This document shows, piece after piece, positions 30,999 through 41,224 of a DNA stretch of 64,000 bases. Positions within the stretch are counted from its first letter, which is position 1. Every line of letters starts with the position of its first letter. This stretch comes from Candidatus Coprovivens sp. (lineage in GTDB: Bacteria; Bacillota_I; Bacilli_A; RF39; UBA660), in NCBI GenBank assembly GCA_051892935.1, contig JBJFGS010000018.1:1-64000 (forward strand). The letters run 5' to 3'. The notes under the pieces are model-generated. The model saw nothing but the letters and a program-made list of their open reading frames with translations, was not told where the DNA came from and searched no databases. The position numbers and the translations under genes are program-made.

Positions 30999-31856
30999 AT
31001 GGATATAATTATTGATATTTTATTAGATACTATATTAGATACAATAAAATTAATTCCATTCCTAGTAGTTGCATTTCTTATAATAGAATATATAGAACAT
31101 AAACTATCTAAAAAAAGTAAAAAAATAATTAGTAAATCAGGAAAATTTGGTCCAATAATAGGAAGTTTACTAGGATTAATTCCTCAATGTGGATTTTCTG
31201 TATTAGCAACAAATCTTTATATAACAAGAATAATATCTTTAGGTACTTTAATAGCAATTTATTTATCTACTAGTGATGAAATGTTACCAATCCTTATATC
31301 TGAAAATGCTCCCCTAAAAACAATTATTCTTATATTAGGAATAAAACTTATTGTAGGTTTATTATCAGGTATAGTAATTGATTTAATTTTTAAAAATAAA
31401 ACTAAAGAAAAAGAGACATATGATATATGTGAACATGAACATTGTGGTTGTAATCATGATCACAATATAATAAAATCCAGTATAATTCATACAATCAAAA
31501 CAATATCTTTTATTTTTATAATCTCAATAATAATAAATGTTATATTCGCCTATGGAGAAGAACAATTATTATCTAAATTATTACTAAAAGATAGTCTCCT
31601 AGCTCCCTTCATAACAAGTTTAATAGGATTAATTCCCAATTGTGGAGCAAGTGTTGTTTTAACAGAATTATACTTAAATAATGCTTTAAGCTTAGGTGGT
31701 ATAATAGGTGGTTTATTAACCAATAGTGGTGTAGCTATATTAGTATTATTTAAATCAAATGATAACATCAAAGATAGTATAAAAGTATTAGGTATAACAT
31801 ACTCAATAGGAGTTATAACCGGTATTATAATCGAAATAATAACTTTAATAATATAA
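30999..31856 (+). CDS. Putative manganese/metal transporter (DUF2899-like permease)
   Basis: Duplicated GLIPQCG / GLIPNCG motifs, STSDE, His/Cys-rich loop CEHEHCGCNHDH. Confidence 0.8.
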   Translation: MDIIIDILLDTILDTIKLIPFLVVAFLIIEYIEHKLSKKSKKIISKSGKFGPIIGSLLGLIPQCGFSVLATNLYITRIISLGTLIAIYLSTSDEMLPILISENAPLKTIILILGIKLIVGLLSGIVIDLIFKNKTKEKETYDICEHEHCGCNHDHNIIKSSIIHTIKTISFIFIISIIINVIFAYGEEQLLSKLLLKDSLLAPFITSLIGLIPNCGASVVLTELYLNNALSLGGIIGGLLTNSGVAILVLFKSNDNIKDSIKVLGITYSIGVITGIIIEIITLII

Positions 31857-31935
31857 AAGACAAAAGTCTTTTTTTTATTTCCAATATAAAAAACTATATA
31901 ACTAGAATTTTCCTATCTAATATGATAAAATTATC

Positions 31936-32034
31936 TTACAGGATAAGGGAGTATTTTGCATATTTATATGTTCTATAATCAACAAACTCGAATATTATTC
32001 TGGTTATAGATTAAATAAAGAGACTTATATGTAA
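31936..32034 (+). ncRNA. yybP-ykoY (Mn2+) riboswitch-like leader
   Basis: P1 ATAAG/CTTAT flanking GGAGTA and GAGA; P3 TCTATAATC/GGTTATAGA with AACAAAC loop; upstream of a type IIA P-type ATPase. Confidence 0.8.
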
Positions 32035-32061
32035 ATAATTATATAAGAAAGGAATATAAAA

Positions 32062-34677
32062 ATGAAATACTACAATAAAAAAATTGAGGAAGTATTAAAA
32101 GAAGTTAATAGTACTGAAGATGGCCTAACAGCAGAAAAAGCCAGTCAATTACTAGCAACAAATGGTAAAAATGAATTACCTAAACCAAAACAAGATAGTG
32201 TTATAAAGTTATTCTTTGATCAATTTAAAAATCCAATTGAACTAATATTAGTAGTAACAGTTGTTTTATCTTTCGTAGCCAAAGAAACAGTTGATGCAAT
32301 AGCTCTTATCTTTATAATAATGGTCGACGTAATAATGGGAACATATCAAGAATGGAAAGCACGAAAAGATGCTGAAGCCTTAGTCAATATGATAAAATCA
32401 ACATCTCGTGTTATAAGAGATGGCAAAGAAATAGAAATAGAATCTTCTGAACTAGTCGTAGGAGATATTATCCTTCTAGAAAGTGGTGACAAAATAAGTG
32501 CCGATGCTAGAATAATCGAATGTCACAACTTTCAAGTAGATGAATCCGCCCTAACAGGAGAAAGTGTTAACGAAGTAAAAAGTACAGATATTCTAGATGA
32601 AGATACACCATTAGCTGATCGTAGTAACATGGTATATGCTGGTACTGCAGTAACTACTGGACGTGCAAGAGCAGTTGTTATTGGTACTGCTCTTAATACC
32701 GAAATAGGAAAAATAGCTGATAAAGTAACAAATACTAAAGAAGAAAAATCTCCATTAACAATAAGAACAGAAAAATTTTCAAGACAAATAAGTATAATAA
32801 TTATTATAGTAGCAATAATTACAACAATAATTCTAATAGTCAAAGATTATGCATGGAATGAAATATTCTTATGTGTAATTGCTCTATCAGTATCAGCAAT
32901 GCCAGAAGGTCTACCTCTAGCATTAACAATGGCACTAACAGTAGCTTCACAAAGAATGGCTAAAAAAAATGTTATTGTAAAAAAACTAAATGCTGTTGAA
33001 TCATTAGGAAGTTGTACTGTAATAGCATCAGATAAAACAGGAACACTAACAGTAAATGAACAAACAGCTAAAGAAATACTCTTAGCTGATGGTTCAAACT
33101 ATAAAATAAGTGGAACAGGATATAACGATAAAGGTTACGTTCTACCTATTGATGGTGCAGATATCAAAAAAGCAGAATACATTGCTTTATTAGGAGCAAT
33201 TAACAATGAAGCTCACCTTGAAAAACAATCTAACGGCACATGGGAATCATTTGGTGATTCAATAGACATAGCCTTTCTAAGTATGGCAGAAAAACTAAAA
33301 GTAAAAGAAAAACCCAAAGTAATTGAAAGTATCCCATATGAATCTGAAAATCAATATTCAGCAGTATTTTATGAAAAAGATGGTGAAACATACTGTACAG
33401 TAAAAGGATCACTAGAAAAAGTAATGTCTTTTTCCAAAGAAAATGAAAAATATCAAAAACAAAATATCGAATTAACAAGTAAAGGTTATCGTGTTATTGC
33501 AATAGCCGATGGTAAAGTAAAAGGAACTAATAAAAAAGATATAAAAAATCTCGAATTTATCGGTATGGTTGCATTTATCGATCCAATAAGAGTAGAAGTA
33601 AAAGACTCACTAAAAGAATGTGATGAAGCTGGAATCAAAGTCGTAATGATTACCGGTGACCATCCTCTAACCGCTTTTGCTATTGCCAAAGAACTAGGTA
33701 TGTGCGAAAAAAAATCAGAAGTCGCAACCGGAAAAGATGTTGAAGAATATCTTGCTAAGGGAGAAGAAGAATTTGATAAATTTGTTAGCAAAATCAGAGT
33801 ATTCTCTCGTGTTACCCCAATGGATAAACTAGAAATAGTAAACTCATTCAAACGCCAAGGAGAATTCGTAGCAGTAACAGGAGATGGAGTAAACGATGCA
33901 CCAGCCATTCGCGCTGCAAATATAGGTATAGCAATGGGAAGTGGTACAGATGTTGCCAAAGAAACAGCTTCAATGATTGTTGCCGATGACAACTTCACAT
34001 CAATAGTATCAGGAGTAAAAGAAGGACGTACAGCTTATAGTAATATTCGTAAAATAACATTATTCTTATTAAGTTGTGGCTTTGCCGAAGTATGTTTCTT
34101 TCTATTATCAATTGCTTTTGGCTACGATATACCTCTAGTAGCAATTCAATTACTATGGTTAAATATTGTAACAGATGGTCTCCAAGATATAGCTCTATCA
34201 TTTGAAAAAGCCGAAGAAAGCATAATGAAAGAAAAACCAAGAGATACCAAAGAATCACTATTCTCAAAAGATTTAATGATTGAAGTATCAATATTAGGTA
34301 TTGCAATAAGTGCTATCATCTTTGGTATATGGAAATATTTAAATGACACAGGAACAAGTATAGAAGTAGCAAGAGCAGTTACAATGATGTTAATGGTATT
34401 CATTCAAAATATCAATGTTCTAAATTGTCGTAGTGAAAAACGTTCTGTATTTAAAGAATCATTAAAAGACAATCCACTTGTTATTGGAACAATCCTATTA
34501 TCAATAGCTCTTCAAATAATTATGGCAGAAATACCACTAACTGCTAAATTCTTAAGCGTTGTTCCATTATCAATAACAACAATCATAAAACTATTATTAC
34601 TATCATTATTAATAATAGTAGTATTTGAAATATACAAAATAATACAAAGATTAATAAACAAAAATAAAGAGGTGTAA
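32062..34677 (+). CDS. Cation (Ca2+/Mn2+)-translocating P-type ATPase, type IIA
   Basis: TGES, PEGL, DKTGTLT, MITGD, GDGVND. Confidence 0.95.
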   Translation: MKYYNKKIEEVLKEVNSTEDGLTAEKASQLLATNGKNELPKPKQDSVIKLFFDQFKNPIELILVVTVVLSFVAKETVDAIALIFIIMVDVIMGTYQEWKARKDAEALVNMIKSTSRVIRDGKEIEIESSELVVGDIILLESGDKISADARIIECHNFQVDESALTGESVNEVKSTDILDEDTPLADRSNMVYAGTAVTTGRARAVVIGTALNTEIGKIADKVTNTKEEKSPLTIRTEKFSRQISIIIIIVAIITTIILIVKDYAWNEIFLCVIALSVSAMPEGLPLALTMALTVASQRMAKKNVIVKKLNAVESLGSCTVIASDKTGTLTVNEQTAKEILLADGSNYKISGTGYNDKGYVLPIDGADIKKAEYIALLGAINNEAHLEKQSNGTWESFGDSIDIAFLSMAEKLKVKEKPKVIESIPYESENQYSAVFYEKDGETYCTVKGSLEKVMSFSKENEKYQKQNIELTSKGYRVIAIADGKVKGTNKKDIKNLEFIGMVAFIDPIRVEVKDSLKECDEAGIKVVMITGDHPLTAFAIAKELGMCEKKSEVATGKDVEEYLAKGEEEFDKFVSKIRVFSRVTPMDKLEIVNSFKRQGEFVAVTGDGVNDAPAIRAANIGIAMGSGTDVAKETASMIVADDNFTSIVSGVKEGRTAYSNIRKITLFLLSCGFAEVCFFLLSIAFGYDIPLVAIQLLWLNIVTDGLQDIALSFEKAEESIMKEKPRDTKESLFSKDLMIEVSILGIAISAIIFGIWKYLNDTGTSIEVARAVTMMLMVFIQNINVLNCRSEKRSVFKESLKDNPLVIGTILLSIALQIIMAEIPLTAKFLSVVPLSITTIIKLLLLSLLIIVVFEIYKIIQRLINKNKEV

Positions 34678-34678
34678 T

Positions 34679-35191
34679 ATGGATTCACGAATCATTGCTT
34701 TAATAGCAATTATAATAGGTATTGTTATCTGTCTTGCTGGCTTTAAAATTCAAAAACTAGTAATAACACTTGCTTGGTTTGCTCTTGGATTTTATATTGC
34801 TGGTCAAATAGGTGGTAACTTTATTGAAGCATCAACTACTTTGATAATCATTCAAGTAGTCACGGGATTAATCCTTGCATCCTTAGGATATAAACTAGAA
34901 AAACTAGCACTTGCAATAGCTGTTGGTTACCTAACATATTCATCAATCGGCCCTTATATTACTGGATTTGAAGAAAATATGGTAATAGCTGTTCAAATAG
35001 GTATATCTATTCTAGTCGGAATTCTATCAATGTTATTTATAAAACCAATAGTAATAGTAGTTACAAGTGTAGCAGGAGCTACCTTAATAAAAACCTATTT
35101 ACCAACATTTATAGCATTACAATCATCAGTCTTAACCATAATATTTATTGGTTGTGTAGCAATTGGTATAATAGCTCAATTAAAATCATAA
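34679..35191 (+). CDS. DUF4203/TMEM198-like membrane protein
   Basis: ICLAGFK..., TSVAGA; 7 TMs. Confidence 0.7.
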   Translation: MDSRIIALIAIIIGIVICLAGFKIQKLVITLAWFALGFYIAGQIGGNFIEASTTLIIIQVVTGLILASLGYKLEKLALAIAVGYLTYSSIGPYITGFEENMVIAVQIGISILVGILSMLFIKPIVIVVTSVAGATLIKTYLPTFIALQSSVLTIIFIGCVAIGIIAQLKS

Positions 35192-35247
35192 AAGATGGAA
35201 TATTCCATCTTTTTTAATATTATGATAAAATATACATAGGTGATAAT

Positions 35248-36012
35248 ATGAAAAAAAGAATAATAATTCTTCTAATTATTTTAATCTTTCTTACATCAGG
35301 ATGTAATAATAAAGAAAAGATAGAAGAAACAACTACTACTAAAGTAAATACAACTATTTCAGATATAACTAATATAACACCAGACTATATAAAAGAAAGT
35401 TACATATACATAAAAGATAACTATCAAAACTATAAAAAAGACGATATCTATGAAAATCTTCTATATCACATAAAATACTTAGAAGAATTAGGTAAATATA
35501 GTAAAGAAAATGAACTAACAATATTAGCAGATAATGTATCAGATTACCTAAAAAAAAGTAATAAAGAAAATAAACAAAAAATAATTAAAATAATAGAAGA
35601 AATAGAAGAAGATGAAGAAAAAATTATCAAAGAAATTTATAATAATTATTTAAAACTAAAAACAATAAAAGAAATAGTAGAAAAACAAACACCAATTGTT
35701 GAAGGTGACCTTAATGATAAGAATCTAAAAACTATTTCTAATATAAATAAAGCAATTGATTATTTAAGTAAGCATGGTCAAAACCCTTTTAAAAATGATG
35801 AAATCTTAGAAAAGTCTATTTACTATTCAATGTTTCTAAGTAACCAAGGAAAAAAAGAAAATAATATTACAAAACTAGGTCAAAAAATGTATAATTATAT
35901 TACAACTTTAGATGAAAAAGAAAAAGATGAATTTACTACTATTTTAAATAGCATAAATAAAAATCAACAATCTCAAGTCCAAGTATATTGTAATGAAATA
36001 AATACGCAATGA
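35248..36012 (+). CDS. Lipoprotein with internal duplication
   Basis: LTSGC lipobox; two similar helical units. Confidence 0.75.
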   Translation: MKKRIIILLIILIFLTSGCNNKEKIEETTTTKVNTTISDITNITPDYIKESYIYIKDNYQNYKKDDIYENLLYHIKYLEELGKYSKENELTILADNVSDYLKKSNKENKQKIIKIIEEIEEDEEKIIKEIYNNYLKLKTIKEIVEKQTPIVEGDLNDKNLKTISNINKAIDYLSKHGQNPFKNDEILEKSIYYSMFLSNQGKKENNITKLGQKMYNYITTLDEKEKDEFTTILNSINKNQQSQVQVYCNEINTQ

Positions 36013-36046
36013 AAAATTGCGTATTTGTCTGAAAGGAAGTAAAAAA

Positions 36047-36784
36047 ATGTTACGTGAATTCTTTGTAAACGAAGAACCAAAATTCTTATTTAAACAATTT
36101 GGTCTTATTCATATTATCTTCTGTCTAATACCAGTAATTGCTTTAATAATAATCTATCTTAATAGAAATAAGATATCAAAAATACCAAAAGAAAAATCTA
36201 AAAAAATCCTAAAAATCTGCGCTATAATTCTCTTATTAAATATGCTTATATTTACAATAGGATTCCTATATTATGGCGTATTTGATTATAAAAAACATCT
36301 CCCATTTCATTTATGTTTCATAGCAAACTACATGTTTATGTACGGTATATTATTTGATAAAGAATGGATATTAAAATATACAATATTTCTATGCTTTATA
36401 GGGCCAATCCCAGCTATTCTATGGCCTGATATGGTATCAACAATAGATAACTACGAATGGTGGCAATATGTAATTTCACACCATTTCTTCATTAGTGTAA
36501 GTTTCTTTTCATACTATGCCCTTGGATACAATGTCAACTTTAAAGATTATATAAAAGTATTTATATTTACCAATATTTTAATGCTAATAATGTATCCATT
36601 CAATATAACATTTGATACTAATTATATCTTCTCAACTAAAATACCTGACAATGTAATGATTCTATATCCTTGGCTAAAGTATTTCCCACCAATGTTAGTA
36701 TTAGAAGTAGTGGGGTTAATTATATCAGGACTAATATATTATTTTATAATTAGAAAAAGAAATTTAGAATTAACGAGCAATTAA
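36047..36784 (+). CDS. YwaF/TMEM164-family integral membrane protein
   Basis: FGLIH, LPFHLC, YVISHH, TNYIF. Confidence 0.82.
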   Translation: MLREFFVNEEPKFLFKQFGLIHIIFCLIPVIALIIIYLNRNKISKIPKEKSKKILKICAIILLLNMLIFTIGFLYYGVFDYKKHLPFHLCFIANYMFMYGILFDKEWILKYTIFLCFIGPIPAILWPDMVSTIDNYEWWQYVISHHFFISVSFFSYYALGYNVNFKDYIKVFIFTNILMLIMYPFNITFDTNYIFSTKIPDNVMILYPWLKYFPPMLVLEVVGLIISGLIYYFIIRKRNLELTSN

Positions 36785-36836
36785 TTTGCTCTTTTTTAAT
36801 ATTTATGATAAATTAAGCACACGAAAGAGGGATTAT

Positions 36837-37643
36837 ATGGGAAAATTCGTTAATAACTTAGATGATTACATAGAGTTAGTTCAAATTCTAGAAATGAAAG
36901 AATCTCATCAGCAAGCATTTACAAGATATAATAGACAAGCTTTAGCTAAACTATCATTATGTACAGGAGCCATAGCAACCTCAGCATATTTTAGTATACT
37001 TTATCAAAAACCAGAAACCATAGTAATAGGTTTAGCAAGCATGGCCTTAATAACTTCAGCATTTAGTTTATATAACTCAAGACCATTAAAAAGTGATTAT
37101 AAAATAGATTATGAAAACTTAGATAAAATAGATTATAAAGCCTTAAAAAGAAGCCAAAGAAAAAGAGAATTCTATACAGGTAAATTAAAATATACATCAC
37201 CTAAAAGTCTATATAGAAAAGATGCCGAAAATATTAGTGAATTTTTTGGGTATGAAAGCGATAACGATCTTCCAATTCATTTTCTTAAAAAAGAAGATGT
37301 CCAACCTCGTTTACTAAGAGAATATGATTTATATAATTTAAAATACAACCTACCAGAATTAAAAATATCCGAAAACGAATTAACTATCTTTATAGATACT
37401 TTAGAATCTTGGTTAAAACCACTTATTCAAGCTCAAAGAATCTATGCTTATTCAAGTGAATACCTTAAATACCTATATGCAAAAGGATTATTAAACTACT
37501 GGGATGAAATAACTATTGAAGAAATTATTAATCATTTATATATCTTAGAAAACGATGATATTTCGATAGAACAAATAAAACAATTACAAGCAAAATTAAA
37601 AGACAATCTAAATAATAGTAAAAATAACTCATTAAAGAAATAA
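36837..37643 (+). CDS. Hypothetical 2-TM membrane protein
   Basis: GAGGG SD; two hydrophobic helices. Confidence 0.6.
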   Translation: MGKFVNNLDDYIELVQILEMKESHQQAFTRYNRQALAKLSLCTGAIATSAYFSILYQKPETIVIGLASMALITSAFSLYNSRPLKSDYKIDYENLDKIDYKALKRSQRKREFYTGKLKYTSPKSLYRKDAENISEFFGYESDNDLPIHFLKKEDVQPRLLREYDLYNLKYNLPELKISENELTIFIDTLESWLKPLIQAQRIYAYSSEYLKYLYAKGLLNYWDEITIEEIINHLYILENDDISIEQIKQLQAKLKDNLNNSKNNSLKK

Positions 37644-37676
37644 TGAGTTTTTCTATTATAATATGATATAATCTTA

Positions 37677-38408
37677 ATGAAACAAGGTGAAAATGTGGAA
37701 AGTGAAAATAAAAACATCGTAAAAACTTTTGGTTTCATTTCATTTATTATTATTTTTACCATAATAGTAATGCTATTAATGAATAAATATCAATTAGTAC
37801 CAAAAGATTATTACAAAGCCTCTGATTTTAAAATAAAGACTATCTACGGTTCTGTAGATTATGATAAAGACAATATAGATGATTATACAGACTTTGTTTT
37901 AGGAGCTCGAAAAGATGCTGAAAATAATCCTAAATATGTAAGTAAATATTATGACACATCATATCCACCTGATAATGAAGGAGTTTGTACAGATACAATA
38001 TGGCGAGCATTTAAAAATGCTGGATATTCATTAAGAGATATGATTGATAACGATATTTCTTTATATCCAGAAGACTATCAAAATATAAAAGATAAAGATA
38101 TTAATATCGATTTTAGACGTGTTAATAATTTAAATATCTTCTTTTCAAAATATGCTCAAAGTTTAACACTAAATCCGAAAGAAATAGAAAGTTGGCAACC
38201 AGGTGATATCGTAATATTCGAAGATGACCATATAGGAATAATATCAGATCGTCGTAATAGTGAAGGAGTTACTTTTGTAATTCATAATGGTGGTCAAAAA
38301 AACCGTGAAGAAGACTATCTAACTAAAAGTACTATAACAGCTCATTATCGTTTTGATGCCTCAAAAATACCAGAAAATGTATTGAAAAAATGGTCAGAAA
38401 ATAAATAA
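37677..38408 (+). CDS. DUF1287 (YijF-like, NlpC/P60-superfamily) protein
   Basis: GVCTDTIWRAF, NIDFRRV, WQPGDIV, HIGIISD, IHNGG. Confidence 0.88.
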   Translation: MKQGENVESENKNIVKTFGFISFIIIFTIIVMLLMNKYQLVPKDYYKASDFKIKTIYGSVDYDKDNIDDYTDFVLGARKDAENNPKYVSKYYDTSYPPDNEGVCTDTIWRAFKNAGYSLRDMIDNDISLYPEDYQNIKDKDINIDFRRVNNLNIFFSKYAQSLTLNPKEIESWQPGDIVIFEDDHIGIISDRRNSEGVTFVIHNGGQKNREEDYLTKSTITAHYRFDASKIPENVLKKWSENK

Positions 38409-38433
38409 AAAACTTACTTGAAAAATTTAAAAA

Positions 38434-38497
38434 TGTTATAATACAAATATACAACGAGTAGCTTATGGCGTAAGTCCAGTTGAGCTACTCTTTTTTT
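38434..38497 (+). promoter_or_regulatory. Extended -10 promoter followed by a terminator-like hairpin in the carD leader
   Basis: TGTTATAAT at 38434-42; stem GAGTAGCTTA/TGAGCTACTC (38456-90) plus T7. Confidence 0.6.
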
Positions 38498-38513
38498 AAA
38501 AGAGGGGATAAAT

Positions 38514-39002
38514 ATGTACAAAATTAACGATATAATCATCTACAAAAGAGAAGTATGTATTATTAATAAAATAAAAAATAATTACTATAATGGAAAAGAC
38601 TATTATAGTGTATCACCAATTAGTGATAAAACATTAACATTAAATATTCCAACAGATTCACCTCAAATAAAAAATCTCCTAACTAAAAAAGAAGCACTAA
38701 ATATAATAGAAAAGATACCTACTATAAACGAAATAAAAGCAGATGATAAGTCACTAGAAAACATTTACAAAGAATTATTAAGCACAGATAAAGAAGAAGA
38801 CTTAGTAAAAATAATAAAGACAACGTATTTAAGAAATAAAAAGAGAGTAGATTCAGGTAAAAAAATCGGAGATAAAGATGACATATATTTTAAGAAAGCC
38901 GAAAGTTTACTATATAATTCACTAGCTACATCACTTAATATGACATTTAACGAATGTAAAGAATATATAATTAATCACATTGATAAAAAAGAGGTGAGAT
39001 AA
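38514..39002 (+). CDS. CarD family transcriptional regulator
   Basis: MYKINDIIIY..VCII; LNIPTD; D..YFKKAESLLYNSLA. Confidence 0.85.
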   Translation: MYKINDIIIYKREVCIINKIKNNYYNGKDYYSVSPISDKTLTLNIPTDSPQIKNLLTKKEALNIIEKIPTINEIKADDKSLENIYKELLSTDKEEDLVKIIKTTYLRNKKRVDSGKKIGDKDDIYFKKAESLLYNSLATSLNMTFNECKEYIINHIDKKEVR

Positions 39003-39214
39003 TGTATAGTATCAACGACTCAATAACAGAATTAAACCTATCTTCAACATTAACAAAAAAACTAAAATCATTAAATTTAAATATAATAAATGATATTTGG
39101 ATATTAAAAAGAAAAGAATTAAAAGAAAAAGGACTTACTGACAATGAAATAAAAAGTATTATAATAGCTCTTCAATTAGCAGGTTTAGACCTTAATAAAA
39201 AGATATATGACTAA
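39002..39214 (+). CDS. Stand-alone RNA polymerase alpha-CTD-like protein
   Basis: SITELNLS..LTKKLKSLNLNIINDI...EIKSIIIALQLAGLDL parallels RpoA IEELDLS..SYNCLKRAGINTV...EVKAKLEELGL. Confidence 0.65.
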   Translation: MYSINDSITELNLSSTLTKKLKSLNLNIINDIWILKRKELKEKGLTDNEIKSIIIALQLAGLDLNKKIYD

Positions 39215-39255
39215 TCATATATCTTTTTATGTTATAATCTAATAGGTGAAGATAC

Positions 39256-39915
39256 ATGAAATTAAGCAGTTTAAATAAAGAATACGATAAATTACAAAAA
39301 ATATATGGTGATCCAAATCTACATTCCATATATAATGGTGGATGTGAAGAAAACCCTGATATATGTTTTGTCTTTATGAATCCAACAGGTCGAAATATTG
39401 CATCCCTCCCTGGTTGGAAAGGACCATACCACCCTTGGTTAGGAACAAAACAAATATGGGATTTATTCTTCGCTACCAACCTTCTAGATGAAAAAATATA
39501 TCAAGAGATAAAATCTCTCAAAGGAAGCGAATGGACACCAGAATTTTGTACAAAAGTCTACCAAAATATAAAAAAACACAAAATATTTATAACTAATTTA
39601 GGTAAATGTACTCAAATAGATGCACGTCCCTTAAAAGATAGTTACTTCAAAGACTATCTCCCATTACTTGAAAAAGAAATAAAAATAATAAAACCCAAAA
39701 TAATAATCCTTTTTGGTAATCAAGTGAGTTCAATCTTCCTAGATAAAAAGATTTCAGTATCTCAAACAAGAAAAGAATACTATGAAAAAAAACTAAGTAA
39801 ACAAACATATAAATGTTTTCCTGTATTCTACCCAGTAGGTAATGGTAGATTTAATATTGATAAATCAATCGAAGATATAAAATATATAATAGATAAATAT
39901 ATAAAGGAGAATTAA
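39256..39915 (+). CDS. Uracil-DNA glycosylase superfamily protein
   Basis: FITNLGKC, LEKEIKIIKPKIIILFG, FYP. Confidence 0.8.
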   Translation: MKLSSLNKEYDKLQKIYGDPNLHSIYNGGCEENPDICFVFMNPTGRNIASLPGWKGPYHPWLGTKQIWDLFFATNLLDEKIYQEIKSLKGSEWTPEFCTKVYQNIKKHKIFITNLGKCTQIDARPLKDSYFKDYLPLLEKEIKIIKPKIIILFGNQVSSIFLDKKISVSQTRKEYYEKKLSKQTYKCFPVFYPVGNGRFNIDKSIEDIKYIIDKYIKEN

Positions 39916-39916
39916 C

Positions 39917-40453
39917 ATGAAACTAATAATAGCATCCGATATCCACGGATCATTAAAATATACCAAAAAATTAGAAGAACTAATTACAAAAGAAAATCCA
40001 GATACCATTATTTTACTTGGTGATTTACTCTATCACGGAGCAAGAAACGATTTACCAGATGAATATTCAACTATGGAAGTAGCAAATATCCTAAATAAAT
40101 ATATGTCTAAAATAATAGCTGTCCGAGGAAACTGTGATTCAGAAGTTGATAATATGGTAACAAACTTCGATATAACATCAGATTATAAAACTATTGATAT
40201 TGACGGAACACTATTCTATCTAACACATGGCCATCTATTAAATAAGTATGACTATCTATTTAAAGATAACTACATAATATCAGGACATACACATGTCTAC
40301 AATCTAGAAGGAAAACATTTAAATCCTGGAAGTGTTGGCATACCAAAAATAAACAAAGAACATACTTGTCTATTATATAGTGATAATACTTTTAAACTTA
40401 TTAACTTAGAAGACTTAAGTATAATAAAGGAACTTAAAATAAATGAAAAATAA
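39917..40453 (+). CDS. YfcE-like metallophosphoesterase
   Basis: SDIHGS, LGDLLYHG, RGNCD, THGH, GHTH, NPGS. Confidence 0.92.
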   Translation: MKLIIASDIHGSLKYTKKLEELITKENPDTIILLGDLLYHGARNDLPDEYSTMEVANILNKYMSKIIAVRGNCDSEVDNMVTNFDITSDYKTIDIDGTLFYLTHGHLLNKYDYLFKDNYIISGHTHVYNLEGKHLNPGSVGIPKINKEHTCLLYSDNTFKLINLEDLSIIKELKINEK

Positions 40454-41198
40454 TATAATATCTATCAATACTACAAAAGAATATTCTCTTCATGTTGATA
40501 AACTTCTAGAAAGAGGAAAAAGTATAATCTTAGAATGGTTTGAAAAACCTAAAACAGATTTTAAAGTGAATACATATATTTATCAAAATAACGAATTACT
40601 AAGAGAAGGATTAAAAAGAAGAGGATTAGGTTTATATCCTGCTCATATGGTAGCATGTATGGTCGATGAAGATGAAGAAAAGGGAATAAGAAGAAGTATT
40701 AACTTATATGAACCTCCAATTATATCAGAAATATCATATACAAAGAAAGAATATGATAGCGTAATCTTTCATGAATTAATTCATTATATAACAAATGTTT
40801 TATATGGCAAATTACCTGAATGGCTTACAGAAGGTATAGCTAAATACTTAGATGGCACATATAAAGAAGATTTAACTAATTTAATAGCAATTATTGAAAC
40901 CTATGAAATTCCATCAATAAGTGATATGAAAGATGATTTTTTTGTATATAAAAAATACGAAAAAATCAAAACACCTAATGGTGAAGAACTAAAAGAAATA
41001 ACCATATATGATGGATATGATCTAAGTTATTTAATGGTAAGATATATAATCGAAGTATATGGTAAAGACTATCTATTAACACTATTATCTACTAAAGATA
41101 ATATTACTAAAATAGAGCAACAAACATTAATTGATGCGATAGAATATTATAAAAATATTTATTTTACAGAAAATACTATAAAAAATAGAAAAATATAG
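40443..41198 (+). CDS. Peptidase MA-like zinc metallopeptidase domain protein
   Basis: FHELIH...PEWLTEGIAKY gluzincin pattern. Confidence 0.75.
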   Translation: MKNNIISINTTKEYSLHVDKLLERGKSIILEWFEKPKTDFKVNTYIYQNNELLREGLKRRGLGLYPAHMVACMVDEDEEKGIRRSINLYEPPIISEISYTKKEYDSVIFHELIHYITNVLYGKLPEWLTEGIAKYLDGTYKEDLTNLIAIIETYEIPSISDMKDDFFVYKKYEKIKTPNGEELKEITIYDGYDLSYLMVRYIIEVYGKDYLLTLLSTKDNITKIEQQTLIDAIEYYKNIYFTENTIKNRKI

Positions 41199-41224
41199 TA
41201 TAATAATGCTAGGTGGGTGGTATC

